From the NCBI GenBank assembly GCA_963664115.2, contig CAXWPJ010000010.1, positions 448,001 through 512,000 on the forward strand: a stretch of DNA of 64,000 nucleotides, written 5' to 3'. The DNA is from Terriglobia bacterium (GTDB taxonomy: Bacteria; Acidobacteriota; Terriglobia; 20CM-2-55-15). Both the position numbers and the translations under genes were made by a program. The notes beneath the pieces were generated by a model that searched no databases, had not been told where the DNA came from, and was given only the letters and a program-made list of their open reading frames with translations. Numbering within the stretch: the stretch's first letter is position 1; each line of letters opens with the position of its first letter. Below are positions 51,891 to 62,913 of the stretch, piece after piece.

Positions 51891-54005
51891 ATGTTGGCTC
51901 AAGTTGATTTCAAAAGACGCTTGCTGTTGGGAGTCGCCCTCATCACTGTGCTCGTAGTCGGTGGCTGGAATCGTCCCGAGGCCGAAGCCCAGACCGTGTA
52001 CAGTCCGGCGCAGGCCGCGGCCGGCCAGACGGCCTACGGGGCCGAGTGTGCGATGTGCCATCAGAACGATCTCTCCGGTGCGGGCGGGGCACCTGCCCTG
52101 GCGGGAACCGACTTCGTCAACCTATGGCGCACCGAAAGCGTGGACGCATTCGTTCGGGCCACCCGGGCCTTGATGCCACCGAACAATCCGGGGGGACTCT
52201 CAGAACAGACCTATCTGAACATCACGGCGTTCATCCTGCAGGCCAACGGTGCCGTTTCTGGGAACCAGCCCCTCATCGCGGCGGTGAGCGCCGAGATCGG
52301 TGCGCTGGCCACGGGGATTGCGCCCGCAGGCTTGTTTGAAGGCGCGGCTCCGGTTGAAGCGGCCGAAGAACCTCAGGGGGTCACCGTCGCCGGAGTGGTG
52401 GAAAACTATGTCCCGGTGACCTCAGCGATGCTGGCCAATCCCGACCCCGCCGACTGGCTGATGATTCGGGGCAACTATCAGGCCTGGAACCACAGCCCCC
52501 TGACCGAGATCACGCGTGAAAACGTTGGCGACCTGCGGCTCCAGTGGGTGTGGTCTATGGAAGACGGTGTGAACCAGTCGGCCCCCATCGTCCACGACGG
52601 CGTCCTTTACTTTAACAGCCCCGGCAACGTCATCCGGGCCATGAACGCCACCGACGGCGAGCTCATCTGGGAGAGCCGTTTGGGTGGACCCAGCGACAGA
52701 ATGCGCGGCATAGCCATCACCGACGACAAGATCATCTACGCCCGACCCGACACTATGCTGACGGCGCTGGACGCGCGCAACGGTGCAATCGTCTGGGAAA
52801 CCCTCATGGGTGAAGGTTTCAGAAGCACCAGCGGGCCAATAGTCATCGGGGACACGATCGTCGCAGGGCTGGGCGGTTGCGGGACCTATAGAGAAGAGAA
52901 GTGCTACATCAGCGGCTATGACGCCACCGACGGACGGCAGATCTGGAAGTTCAATACGGTGGCCCAGGAAGGCGAACCCGGTGGAGACACCTGGGGAGGG
53001 CTGGATAACCTGCTCAGGGCCGGTGCGGAAACCTGGATCACGGGCAGCTATGATCCCGAGCTCAACAGGACCTATTGGGGTGTGGCCCAACCCAAGCCCT
53101 GGGTCCCCGCAACCCGTGGAAACAGCACTCGTGATGACGCTCTGTATTCGAGCACGACCCTGGCATTGAACCCCGATACCGGTGAGCTGGACTGGTACTT
53201 CCAGCATGCACCGGGCGAGGCGCTGGATCTGGACGAAGTCTTCGAGCGAGTTCTTGTGGATGCGGGCGGGCGGAAGCTCGTGTTCTCGATCGGGAAGCAC
53301 GGCATTTTGTGGAAGGTGGATCGCGAGTCCGGCGAGTATCTGGATCACACCGAAACCGTCTTCCAGAACGTCTTCGACAGCATTGATCCCGACACCGGGC
53401 GACCCCAGTATCGAATCGACATCGTCGAAGGGGAAACCGGCCAGTGGATCCAGGGTTGTCCATCGACGGAAGGCGGCCACAACTGGCAGGCGATGAGCTA
53501 CCACCCGGGAACCGAGCGTCTGATCATCCCCCTGAGTCAGAGTTGCCTCGAGATACGCGGCCGTCAGATCGCACTCGAAGCCGGCAGCGGTGGCAATGCC
53601 GCCGACAGGAAATGGTATGAGATGCCCGGGACGAACGGGAACGTGGGCAAACTGGCCGCATACGACGTGAACACGATGGAAGAAGTCTGGTCGTATGAGC
53701 AGCGGGCACCCTTCCTTACGTCCGTTGTCTCGACGGCCAGCAACATCCTGTTTGCCGGTGATCTGGATAGAAAGTTCCGGGCCTTCGACGTGGAGAACGG
53801 CGACATCCTCTGGGAGACGCGGCTGGGAACGTCCGTGCAGGGTTTCCCGCTGACGTTTGCCGTGGATGGGAAACAATACGTGGCGGTGATGACGGGGCTG
53901 GGCGGTGGCAGTCCGAGAGTGGTGCCGGGCCTGATCACCCGTGAGATCCAGCATCCCGCCAATGGAAACGCCCTCTGGGTTTTTGCCCTGCCGGATGGAA
54001 ATTAG
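51891..54005 (+). CDS. PQQ-dependent dehydrogenase with N-terminal cytochrome c
   Basis: CAMCH heme motif, PQQ beta-propeller W-motifs, [10 protein letters not shown]. Confidence 0.9.
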   Translation: MLAQVDFKRRLLLGVALITVLVVGGWNRPEAEAQTVYSPAQAAAGQTAYGAECAMCHQNDLSGAGGAPALAGTDFVNLWRTESVDAFVRATRALMPPNNPGGLSEQTYLNITAFILQANGAVSGNQPLIAAVSAEIGALATGIAPAGLFEGAAPVEAAEEPQGVTVAGVVENYVPVTSAMLANPDPADWLMIRGNYQAWNHSPLTEITRENVGDLRLQWVWSMEDGVNQSAPIVHDGVLYFNSPGNVIRAMNATDGELIWESRLGGPSDRMRGIAITDDKIIYARPDTMLTALDARNGAIVWETLMGEGFRSTSGPIVIGDTIVAGLGGCGTYREEKCYISGYDATDGRQIWKFNTVAQEGEPGGDTWGGLDNLLRAGAETWITGSYDPELNRTYWGVAQPKPWVPATRGNSTRDDALYSSTTLALNPDTGELDWYFQHAPGEALDLDEVFERVLVDAGGRKLVFSIGKHGILWKVDRESGEYLDHTETVFQNVFDSIDPDTGRPQYRIDIVEGETGQWIQGCPSTEGGHNWQAMSYHPGTERLIIPLSQSCLEIRGRQIALEAGSGGNAADRKWYEMPGTNGNVGKLAAYDVNTMEEVWSYEQRAPFLTSVVSTASNILFAGDLDRKFRAFDVENGDILWETRLGTSVQGFPLTFAVDGKQYVAVMTGLGGGSPRVVPGLITREIQHPANGNALWVFALPDGN

Positions 54006-54120
54006 GATTACGGACTCGTGCATGACCGCCCCATGCTAAGAGTGGCAGCAGTGTGTGGGCGCTGACTCGTGGTCGGCGAAGGTCATGGTAGAAGAGGCCA
54101 ACGGAACGGAGGGGGGCGCG

Positions 54121-54675
54121 ATGTCGGATACCATAGCGAAAGTAATTCAGGCAGTCCTGGTCGTTGTCATTCTGGGTGCACTTGGATTGGTTTGGTCGCA
54201 GGTCCAATCGGTCCGTACACATGTTGAAGAAGTGCCCGCTATCAAGCAATGGGTAGGATACGTCGATCCAATTTCTAACACGACCTCGCCAGCGGATAGA
54301 ATCGCCGCACTTGAAGCCTCGCTCTCGACCACGAGTCAGGAACTGTTAGAAGCTCAAGTCTTGCTGGAGCAGCTCTTCGGCCGCGTCATTGGAGAAGCAA
54401 CCCGCCAGATCCCCGACAACCTGGGGCCAAGTACCGATGTCGCTTTGTTCATCAATCTTACGGGTGATGCGAGCCGTTTTACCAACGAACAGGAACTCAC
54501 CGTTACAAACGTCGTTAGGCAGCTTAGTCAAACCATTCCGGTTTTAGGTGCCTATCGCTTCGAGCAGGGATACGCAGATGCGGAAATCATACTCACGATA
54601 GAAGCATCGCGACTGTTGGGTTGGGAGCTGAACGCAATGCGAATGGACGTAGCAGTTGAGCGAGTCGCTGACTGA
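54121..54675 (+). CDS. Hypothetical membrane-anchored protein
   Basis: N-terminal TM, short coiled coil; lies between the 270-bp direct repeats. Confidence 0.6.
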   Translation: MSDTIAKVIQAVLVVVILGALGLVWSQVQSVRTHVEEVPAIKQWVGYVDPISNTTSPADRIAALEASLSTTSQELLEAQVLLEQLFGRVIGEATRQIPDNLGPSTDVALFINLTGDASRFTNEQELTVTNVVRQLSQTIPVLGAYRFEQGYADAEIILTIEASRLLGWELNAMRMDVAVERVAD

Positions 54676-54808
54676 ACCCTGCGACATATAATCAACGACT
54701 CGGGTGGTCGACGCCTACCCAAGAGCGGAGGCAGGCTACCCGTCGTCCTGACTTTTAACCTCAGAACGTAGAAATTTGCGGAGACGGCTTGCGACTTCCG
54801 GGGGCACC

Positions 54809-55078
54809 TCCTGTTTGCCGGTGATCTGGATAGAAAGTTCCGGGCCTTCGACGTGGAGAACGGCGACATCCTCTGGGAGACGCGGCTGGGAACGTCCGTG
54901 CAGGGTTTCCCGCTGACGTTTGCCGTGGATGGGAAACAATACGTGGCGGTGATGACGGGGCTGGGCGGTGGCAGTCCGAGAGTGGTGCCGGGCCTGATCA
55001 CCCGTGAGATCCAGCATCCCGCCAATGGAAACGCCCTCTGGGTTTTTGCCCTGCCGGATGGAAATTAGGATTACGGAC
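54809..55078 (+). repeat. 270-bp direct repeat of 53746-54015 (PQQ dehydrogenase 3' end)
   Basis: TCCTGTTTGCCGG...ATTAGGATTACGGAC, apparently identical. Confidence 0.93.
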
Positions 55079-55502
55079 CGAGCGTTTCAGCTGCGGGCAT
55101 TTATTAGCATGAGACCCACCCTCGGGTGGACTGTCCCCCGATAACTGCCCGCATACGCACGCCCTCTTTTTGACCCCGAGCACGCGCAATTTCTGCGCCT
55201 ACAGGAACACCCTCCCCCGGCCGATATTAATAACTATCCGAACAGATAGTCAGATCCTGGATCTCACCTTCATATGGCGAGTCGTCGACGTCACGGCCTG
55301 CGCCAACGGGATTCAATCGAACATGATTTCATTTGCTTTCCGAGGGCTCTGACCGAAGCAAGCGGTGGTCGAAGCAGCCTCGGTAGGAATCGCTACCAAT
55401 GACGCGCGGTTTGAACCCTTTCGCCAGGGTTAAGGGACCGCAAATCCTTGAGTTTTGGTATACGGAATGCTCCTTATTAGTAAGGAGTGACAGGAGATGG
55501 AC

Positions 55503-55634
55503 ATGATGTTGCAAACAATCATTCTTGTTACCGCAGCTACGATTTCCCTTGTAGCCGGCCTGGCTCTGGTCGGTGACGCTTTCAGGCGCATGTGTCACAA
55601 GACAGGGAAAGCCGATCACGTCATAACCTTTTAG
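55503..55634 (+). CDS. 43-aa single-TM small protein, paralogue 1
   Basis: RBS AGGAGA; MMLQTIILVTAATISLVAGLALVGDAFRRMCHKTGKADHVITF. Confidence 0.7.
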   Translation: MMLQTIILVTAATISLVAGLALVGDAFRRMCHKTGKADHVITF

Positions 55635-55744
55635 GTAATTGGGGTCAGAGCCCTATTTACCCAATTTCCCTCTGAAAACATCCCCACGCCTGCAGTTTGG
55701 AGCCCGGATTGCACTCATTTAGGTGCGAGTAACTGGAGGTGGGT

Positions 55745-55876
55745 GTGACTTTCCAAACAATCATCTTGATTGTCGTCGCAGCGATACCGCTTGTAGCCGG
55801 GCTGGTGCTGGTAGCTGACGCCGTAAGGCGCCTGTTTCACAGGAAACGGAATACGCATCACGCCTTACACATTTGA
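55745..55876 (+). CDS. 43-aa single-TM small protein, paralogue 2
   Basis: RBS GGAGGT; MTFQTIILIVVAAIPLVAGLVLVADAVRRLFHRKRNTHHALHI. Confidence 0.7.
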   Translation: MTFQTIILIVVAAIPLVAGLVLVADAVRRLFHRKRNTHHALHI

Positions 55877-55960
55877 AGAGAGTCGGTGTGTTGATGTGCC
55901 ACAAAGGCAAGATCGGCCGCTTGCGCCTGTCTCGGCATGCCATCGATTCAAATCTGGCTA

Positions 55961-56282
55961 GCAGCCCGTGGCAGAAGTATCGAGGGCCGCGCGCGGGGGT
56001 CTTCGGGTTGCGGGCGCGAAGTGAGGAGCGGGCACCGAGGTTTGAAACCGAGGCCGCTGGCGCCGTTTTTACATCGTGACCGACGAGTGACAAAGCCTGC
56101 GGCCCGGACCCCCCTGCGCCCAAAGGGTTACGGCGAAACGGGGCTGTCTTCGTTGTCGCCGACTCCTCCCAATGAATGAGCATTGTCTCGTCGTCGTGAC
56201 GTCGCGTCGACGCCAAGGCGTCTCCTAGAATCCAGCCCCGTTTGGCCGTAACGCGGCCCTCGAGACCTCTGCCACGGGCTGC
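55961..56282. mobile_element. MITE-like non-autonomous element (about 320 bp)
   Basis: TIR GCAGCCCGTGGCAGAAGTATCGAGGGCCGCG / CGCGGCCCTCGAGACCTCTGCCACGGGCTGC, TA on both sides. Confidence 0.78.
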
Positions 56283-56863
56283 TATAGCCCCACCTGCCAG
56301 GATCTGATCGCTTCGATGGGGTGGATCAGCATCACGATATTTAGCAACAGCCCGTCGCGGATCCAGACAGCCAGCGCGATCTCTGTGGCCGCGAACAGGA
56401 TGATGGACCGCCGCCAGCCCATATAGGTTGCCAGCAGGAAGCCCCCCGTACAGACCGCGATGTCGGAAACGGAGTTCAGGACCGTATCGCCGGTGTAACC
56501 CAGCGCGATCGTCGCCTCCCGGTAGCGGTTGATGACAAAGCTGGTGTTTTCGACAACTTCCCAGACCGACTCCATCAGGACGGCAAGACCCACCCGGAAC
56601 TCCGCAGACATTCGCCCGGCCACGGCCGTTAAAACCCAGAAGAATCCCAGGCCATGAAGCAAGTGGGTCAAGGAGTAAGGATCGAAGAAATGCTGCGAAT
56701 TGTGGGCGCTGTTGATGTCACCGGCCCAGAGGTAGACCTCGCCGCAGGAGCACAGCCACAGGCGGCCCAGACTGCGGAGACCGATCACGGTGAAAACGAG
56801 GATGAGGACCATCGCTGCGGCTAGCAATTGTCTACGTTGGACGGACGTGAAATCCGCGGGCAT
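56282..56863 (-). CDS. DUF2585 (UPF0314) membrane protein
   Basis: GRLWLCSCG, SQHFFDPYS.TH..HG, WEVVENT, YTGD..NS. Confidence 0.85.
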   Translation of the reverse strand: MPADFTSVQRRQLLAAAMVLILVFTVIGLRSLGRLWLCSCGEVYLWAGDINSAHNSQHFFDPYSLTHLLHGLGFFWVLTAVAGRMSAEFRVGLAVLMESVWEVVENTSFVINRYREATIALGYTGDTVLNSVSDIAVCTGGFLLATYMGWRRSIILFAATEIALAVWIRDGLLLNIVMLIHPIEAIRSWQVGL

Positions 56864-56932
56864 ATCTGCGAACTAGTTTAGCCTGATCGATCCTGTTTTG
56901 CGGTGATCCGACGCGCGGGGTATCGTAGGAGT

Positions 56933-57685
56933 GTGATTGAAGACGGAGTGATTGAAGATAGCACCCCGATATGGCCCCAGCGGCCAGCGCTTTTTCTGGA
57001 TCTTGACGGAACTGTGCTGGACTTTGCAGACGCACCCGGGGGCGTCGTGGTTTCAGAAAGAGTCCGCGACTTGCTGGGTCGGCTGCATGCGGTTACCGGC
57101 GGGGCGATCGCCTTCGTCAGCGGCCGGACCATGGACGACCTCGATCACCTCCTCGCACCACATAAGTTTGCTGTGGCCGCGGTTCATGGCCTGGAACTCA
57201 GGGACGGTGAAGGTCGCATCACGCGTGCGGAAGTAGACAGCGAGCGACTGGCAGAAATCGAACAAAGCCTAGATCGTTTCGTCCGGCAGAACCCGGAGAC
57301 CTTGCTGGAACACAAGGGAGCGAGCCTCGCACTCCATTACCGAAAGCGACCGGAGCTGGAAGAGGCCGTGATCGCTCTCGTCGAAGAAACACTGGCCGCA
57401 CTGGGTTCGAATCTGCAGGTGCTGCGAGGCAACAAGGTGATCGAGATCAAACCGGAAGGCGGCGACAAGGGCAGCGCTATTGCCCGCTTCATGAAAGACC
57501 CGCCGTTTAACGATCGAACACCAGTTTTTATCGGCGACGATGCCACCGACGAGGACGGTTTTCGGACGGTCAACGCACTCGGAGGCGTGTCGGTCAAGGT
57601 GAACTCCGGTGAATCCGCAGCCGCAACGCGACTGCCCGATGTGGATGCTGTGTTGCACTGGCTTGAGGCATTGCTGTCGTCATGA
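56933..57685 (+). CDS. otsB: Trehalose-6-phosphate phosphatase
   Basis: FLDLDGT, VSGR, ALHYR, GDDATDEDGF. Confidence 0.93.
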   Translation: MIEDGVIEDSTPIWPQRPALFLDLDGTVLDFADAPGGVVVSERVRDLLGRLHAVTGGAIAFVSGRTMDDLDHLLAPHKFAVAAVHGLELRDGEGRITRAEVDSERLAEIEQSLDRFVRQNPETLLEHKGASLALHYRKRPELEEAVIALVEETLAALGSNLQVLRGNKVIEIKPEGGDKGSAIARFMKDPPFNDRTPVFIGDDATDEDGFRTVNALGGVSVKVNSGESAAATRLPDVDAVLHWLEALLSS

Positions 57686-59478
57686 GTAGCCTGGAACTGG
57701 GTGTCATCGGGAACTGCCAGATCGCTGTATTGGTGGACCCGCGTGGGCGTTATGTCTGGGGCAGCTTTCCACGCATCGACAGCGATCCCTTCTTCTGCTC
57801 CCTATTGAAGTCAGAGTCGAACGACGCGGCCGATCAAAGCGGCTTCTTCGCCATCGATCTGGTGGACTTCCAAAGCTCCGAGCAAAGCTATGTCGACAAT
57901 ACGGCCATCCTGAACACCACCTTGACCGACAGCTCGGGCGGCAAGGTTCGGATCACCGACTACGCACCCCGCTATCAAAAGTTCGGGCGGAGCTTTCACC
58001 CCATCATGGTCGTACGCCACATCACGCCGGTTGCGGGCGCGCCTGCATTAAGAATCCGCTTGAGACCCGCCGCCGACTACGGGGCCCGCACACCCGACGT
58101 CGCCCATGGCAGCAACCATGTTCGCTTCAGCAACGGTCACTTCACGTTGCGGCTGACGACGAACGCGCCGCTGGCCGCTGTGCTCGAAGAGCGGGTCATC
58201 GTGCTCGAAAAATCCATCACCCTTATGCTCGGCCCCGATGAATCCCTCACCGAGAGTCCCCACAATATTGACCGCGCAATGTATGGGGAAACGAAGACGT
58301 ACTGGGAAAACTGGACGCGTGCCTTGTCGATTCCCTTCGAGTGGCAGGAGGAAGTCATCCGGGCCGCCATCACGTTGAAGCTCTGCACCTATGAAGATAC
58401 CGGCGCAGTCCTGGCGGCACTGACGACTTCCATACCGGAAGCACCCGATAGCGGCCGCAACTGGGACTACCGCTACTGCTGGCTGAGGGACAGCTACTAC
58501 ACCGTCCAGGCCCTCAATAGCCTTGGTGCGACCAAGACGATGCAGCAGTTCCTGGCCTACATTTTCAATCTCGTCGCCGAACACGCGGCAACAAAACGTC
58601 TGCAACCCGTGTACGGCATTTCCGGCGAGCCGGCACTGACGGAATCCACAGTCGAGAGTCTCGAAGGCTATCGCGGAATGGGTCCGGTCCGTGTGGGTAA
58701 CGACGCGTACAGACAGCAGCAGAATGACGTCTACGGTGCGACCGTCCTGGCATCGACGCAGAGTTTCTTTGATCGCCGGCTGGTCGAGGGCGGAGGCCAA
58801 CGCGAGTTCGAGCGACTCGAATCCCTGGGCCTCCGGGCCGCGGAGGCATTCGATCAACCCGACGCCGGCCCCTGGGAATTTCGCGGCCACAACGATGTGC
58901 ATACCTACTCCAGCGTCATGTGCTGGGCGGCGTGCGATCGTTTGTCACGTATCGGGGCCCATCTCCACTTGCCCGACCGCGCCGAATACTGGAAAGACCA
59001 GGCGAACAGCATCAGGGAAACAATCATTGCCCGCGCATGGAGTGAAGAAAAGAACAGCTTCGTGGCGACCTTCGGGGGCGATCAACTCGATGCGAGCCTC
59101 CTGACGCTTCCTGATCTGGGTTTCATCGCTCCCGATGACCCGAAGTTTCTAGCGACCTTGGCGGCCATCGAGAGCGAGCTGCGGCGGGGACCCTATGTTT
59201 TTCGCTACACCAACTCCGATGATTTCGGCAGGCCTCAAACGGCATTCAACATCTGCACGTTCTGGTACATCAATGCCCTGGCTGCTGTGGGACGGGATGC
59301 TGAAGCACGGGTGTTGTTCCAGAACATGCTCGATCGTCGTAACGCGCTGGGACTGCTTTCGGAAGATCTGGATCCGGAGAGCGGTGAGCTGTGGGGTAAC
59401 TTTCCACAGACCTACAGCATGGTGGGCGTCATAACGGCGGCAATGCGCCTCAGCCAGACATGGGAGCAGGCATTGTGA
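57682..59478 (+). CDS. Glycoside hydrolase family 15 (trehalase-like)
   Basis: RNWDYRYCWLRD, WEFRG, GLLSED, GNFPQTYS. Confidence 0.92.
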   Translation: MSSLELGVIGNCQIAVLVDPRGRYVWGSFPRIDSDPFFCSLLKSESNDAADQSGFFAIDLVDFQSSEQSYVDNTAILNTTLTDSSGGKVRITDYAPRYQKFGRSFHPIMVVRHITPVAGAPALRIRLRPAADYGARTPDVAHGSNHVRFSNGHFTLRLTTNAPLAAVLEERVIVLEKSITLMLGPDESLTESPHNIDRAMYGETKTYWENWTRALSIPFEWQEEVIRAAITLKLCTYEDTGAVLAALTTSIPEAPDSGRNWDYRYCWLRDSYYTVQALNSLGATKTMQQFLAYIFNLVAEHAATKRLQPVYGISGEPALTESTVESLEGYRGMGPVRVGNDAYRQQQNDVYGATVLASTQSFFDRRLVEGGGQREFERLESLGLRAAEAFDQPDAGPWEFRGHNDVHTYSSVMCWAACDRLSRIGAHLHLPDRAEYWKDQANSIRETIIARAWSEEKNSFVATFGGDQLDASLLTLPDLGFIAPDDPKFLATLAAIESELRRGPYVFRYTNSDDFGRPQTAFNICTFWYINALAAVGRDAEARVLFQNMLDRRNALGLLSEDLDPESGELWGNFPQTYSMVGVITAAMRLSQTWEQAL

Positions 59479-60842
59479 CGCGACTCGTTGCCGTGTCGAA
59501 CCGCGTCGTGGCGCCGAAACGCGGCAAGACTTCGGGTGGTCTGGCTGTAGCCCTCTGGTCCGCCTTGCAGGATCACGGCGGCCTCTGGTTTGGCTGGAGC
59601 GGTGAGACGACACTCGAGGAGCCCGCTGACCCGAAGGTGTCGAAGTTCGGCAACGTTCGTTTTGTCACGACGGATCTGAACAAAGAGGATTTCGAAGACT
59701 ATTACAACGGTTTCGGCAACGACACCTTGTGGCCTCTGCTCCATTTCATGCTCGGCTACCTCAAGTACGACCGTGTCCAATACGATGCCTATTGCCGGGT
59801 GAACGCGTTTTTCGCCACCAAGCTCGTTGACTTCCTCACACCCGATGACGTCATCTGGGTCCACGACTATCATTTGATACCGCTCGGGGCCGAACTGCGG
59901 CAGCGGGGTGTCACCCAGCCCATCGGATTCTTTCTGCATGTCCCGTTCCCGAACTTCGACGTGATCCATGCCCTGCCCTGCTACAGGGAGATCCTCGAAG
60001 CTCTGGCCCGCTACGACGTTGTCGGCTTTCAGACCGACAGAGATCTCTCGTCGTTCCAGGACTGCCTCACGCAAGCCGAGATCGGCGGTACGCTCTTACC
60101 CGACGGTCGGATCACAGCATTCGGGCGCACCTTTCGTGCCGCAGTATTTCCTATCAGTATCGATGTGGATGCATGCGGGTCGCTGGCTTCTCAGAACATG
60201 GAGCACTCACAGGTACGGCGCCTGGCGAAAAGCGTCGGCGATAGACGTGTGATCATCGGCGTCGATCGACTCGACTACAGCAAGGGGCTCGAACTGCGTT
60301 TTCGAGCTTTCGAAAATTTGCTGATGAACCATCCGGAAATGCGGGGGCGCGTTTCGCTGCTGCAGATTGCGCCGCCGACGCGGGTGGGCGTGAGGACCTA
60401 CGATAGAATTCGCGAAAGACTCGAACAGGCATCGGGCAACATCAACGGCCGATTTGCCGACATCGACTGGGTTCCGATTCGGTATCTAAATAGACTCTAC
60501 GAACGCCCTGTCCTGATGTCGCTATTTCGGCTGGCGGGCGTCGGGCTCGTGACCTCGATTCGCGACGGCATGAATCTCGTTGCCAAAGAATATGTCGCCA
60601 CCCAGGATCCCGAAGATCCGGGCATGCTCGTCCTATCGACGCTGGCGGGCGCCGCCAGGGAACTGACCGCAGCCGTCCTGGTCAATCCTTACGATCAGGA
60701 CGGGGTCGCCGAAGGTATTCGCAAAGCGATCGAGATGAGGATCGAAGAGCGGCAGGAACGTTATGCCGATATGATTGCCGTGTTACGCAAGAACGACATC
60801 CACACCTGGCGAAGGAACTTCGTTACGGCACTGACGGAATAG
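59475..60842 (+). CDS. otsA: Trehalose-6-phosphate synthase
   Basis: [35 protein letters not shown]. Confidence 0.95.
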   Translation: MTRLVAVSNRVVAPKRGKTSGGLAVALWSALQDHGGLWFGWSGETTLEEPADPKVSKFGNVRFVTTDLNKEDFEDYYNGFGNDTLWPLLHFMLGYLKYDRVQYDAYCRVNAFFATKLVDFLTPDDVIWVHDYHLIPLGAELRQRGVTQPIGFFLHVPFPNFDVIHALPCYREILEALARYDVVGFQTDRDLSSFQDCLTQAEIGGTLLPDGRITAFGRTFRAAVFPISIDVDACGSLASQNMEHSQVRRLAKSVGDRRVIIGVDRLDYSKGLELRFRAFENLLMNHPEMRGRVSLLQIAPPTRVGVRTYDRIRERLEQASGNINGRFADIDWVPIRYLNRLYERPVLMSLFRLAGVGLVTSIRDGMNLVAKEYVATQDPEDPGMLVLSTLAGAARELTAAVLVNPYDQDGVAEGIRKAIEMRIEERQERYADMIAVLRKNDIHTWRRNFVTALTE

Positions 60843-61016
60843 AGCCCGGTTTCAGACCCCCATACACGATCTGCCGGCAGAAGGTGGCAGGAGTCTGGGG
60901 GGCCGCGCGCAGGGTTCTCCTATCAGCCCAAAACGCTTGACGAAATGGCAATAGCAAGCGACACTTAGGGCGCAATTTTCCTGGCTGAAGTTCGTGAACA
61001 CTGAGAGGTTTTTAAC

Positions 61017-61409
61017 ATGAGGAAGTTCGCTGTTGTGATCGGTTTCTTACTGGTCGTCGCGATCTCGGCGCCCGCCCACCACTCGGCTGCGACGGAGTTC
61101 GACATGAACGATCCGGTCAGCGTGGAAGGCGTCGTGAGCAAAGTCGAGTGGAGAAATCCTCACATCTGGTTTTACGTCGATGTGACGGGAGACAACGGTG
61201 AAGTGACCACCTGGGGGTTCACCGGAAGCCCTCCGGGCATGCTGGCCAGGAGAGGGATCACCCGGGATGTCTTGAAAGACGGTGCTGAGGTCAAGGTCAG
61301 CGGCTTCCGGGCCCGGGACGGTTCACCCAACGCGGTCGGCCGAAATGTGACCTTTGCCGACGGCACCAGTGTCTTCGCGGGAACCCCCGGAGAATTTCCC
61401 GAGAGGTAG
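61017..61409 (+). CDS. DUF6152-like secreted protein
   Basis: Signal peptide, AHHS...EFD, W.NPH. Confidence 0.75.
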   Translation: MRKFAVVIGFLLVVAISAPAHHSAATEFDMNDPVSVEGVVSKVEWRNPHIWFYVDVTGDNGEVTTWGFTGSPPGMLARRGITRDVLKDGAEVKVSGFRARDGSPNAVGRNVTFADGTSVFAGTPGEFPER

Positions 61410-61680
61410 CGGTCGGTCCAGGGAGGGTTCACGGATCGAGCCGTGATGGCTCTAGGGTCTTGCCAGCCGCCCCCTCAACCATGCGCCACCCTGTCAGGAG
61501 CGATGCGCAACCGGACAGAGGCAGGAGCAGTGTGCCCGACAATTCACACCGGGCAGTGAATGAACCTGCCTGTTGCCTTCTGGAAGGTCCGAGAATCCAA
61601 CACCATCACCACGGACACTGTCGTACTGAGGAAAAATATTGAGATTAGAATGGGTGAGAATTCATAAGGGAGAGTCAGCC

Positions 61681-62466
61681 ATGAAGAAACATTTCGAATT
61701 GTCGTTGGTCGCTGCGGCAGCCATTCTGCTTGCCCTGGCCCCGGCTTCGGCTGATGCGCAGGGAATACCGCGCACCGCGGATGGCACACCCGACTTCACG
61801 GGGGTATGGGCGGGTCCGGGGTTTGCACACACCGGGGGTCCGCTTGACCGCCCGACGGTCTCGCGATACACCACGGAGAACTTTGCTCCTTTGCAGCCCG
61901 GGGCGGAGTCCATCTTGTACCGGGAGTACACCGGAAACATCCGCATCGATGATCCCACGGCGTATTGCTTGCCGAACGGACTTCCAAGGCAGATTCCTTC
62001 CCCCTACGCACAACAATGGATTCAGACGCCCACTCAACTGGTGATTCTCTACGAATACATGCACTTCTTTCGGGTCATCCCGTTCGGGGAGCCCAACAGG
62101 CCGCACGCCGCCGATGCGGAGCCGACCTACATGGGAAACTCGATCGCCTGGTGGGAGGATGACACGCTGGTGATCGACACAACCCATCTTCAGGAATGGG
62201 TGCTCGACGCCTACCATCCGCCTGACGGTGGCTCACGCTGGCACAGTGACCAACTGCACGTGGTCGAACGGCTAGCATTTACATCCCCCACGGAAGTGAC
62301 CTATGACGTGACGATCGATGACCCTGTGATTTTCACCGAACCCTGGGTCCAGCCCTGGCAGATGGAACTGAAACCGACCTGGGACGGCCTCTTTGAAATG
62401 ATTTGTGAGGATAACAATCGATGTCGTGGCGGGGAATGCACGGCTTCCGACGTGCAGGTGGATTGA
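61681..62466 (+). CDS. Secreted hypothetical protein (PDFTGVW...GNSIAWWEDDTLVIDT family)
   Basis: RBS, signal peptide, homologous to 62914-63657. Confidence 0.75.
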   Translation: MKKHFELSLVAAAAILLALAPASADAQGIPRTADGTPDFTGVWAGPGFAHTGGPLDRPTVSRYTTENFAPLQPGAESILYREYTGNIRIDDPTAYCLPNGLPRQIPSPYAQQWIQTPTQLVILYEYMHFFRVIPFGEPNRPHAADAEPTYMGNSIAWWEDDTLVIDTTHLQEWVLDAYHPPDGGSRWHSDQLHVVERLAFTSPTEVTYDVTIDDPVIFTEPWVQPWQMELKPTWDGLFEMICEDNNRCRGGECTASDVQVD

Positions 62467-62489
62467 AAGGTTCTTATCAGAGGTATCCG

Positions 62490-62885
62490 ATGAATACGAA
62501 GCGATTAAAACCTTTACTGTTCGGGATCGGGCTGTTGGTCGTTTCTGGCACGACAATCGCCCACCACGGAACCAACATTTCCTACGACCAGACCACGACG
62601 GTCACCTTGACAGGCGTGGTGACCGAATTTCGCCTGGCGAATCCACACAGCCAGCTCTATTTCGACGTAACGGACGAGACCGGCACCCTCATCCACTGGG
62701 CCGGTGAACTCAACAGCCCCGGCATTCTAAGAAGGATTGGCTGGACCCCTGATGTGATGGAGCCGGGAGACGAGGTCACGCTGAGCCTCCACCCGTCGAA
62801 AGCGGGCACACCGGTGGGGGTTGTCGAGAGAGACGAACCTATGATCGTTAATGGCGCACAACTTTTGGGAACTGGAGATCAATAA
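62490..62885 (+). CDS. DUF6152-like secreted protein
   Basis: AHHG...YD, NPH; paralogous to 61017-61409. Confidence 0.75.
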   Translation: MNTKRLKPLLFGIGLLVVSGTTIAHHGTNISYDQTTTVTLTGVVTEFRLANPHSQLYFDVTDETGTLIHWAGELNSPGILRRIGWTPDVMEPGDEVTLSLHPSKAGTPVGVVERDEPMIVNGAQLLGTGDQ

Positions 62886-62913
62886 GATTCTCAAAACGAC
62901 AGGAGTTTCAAGA

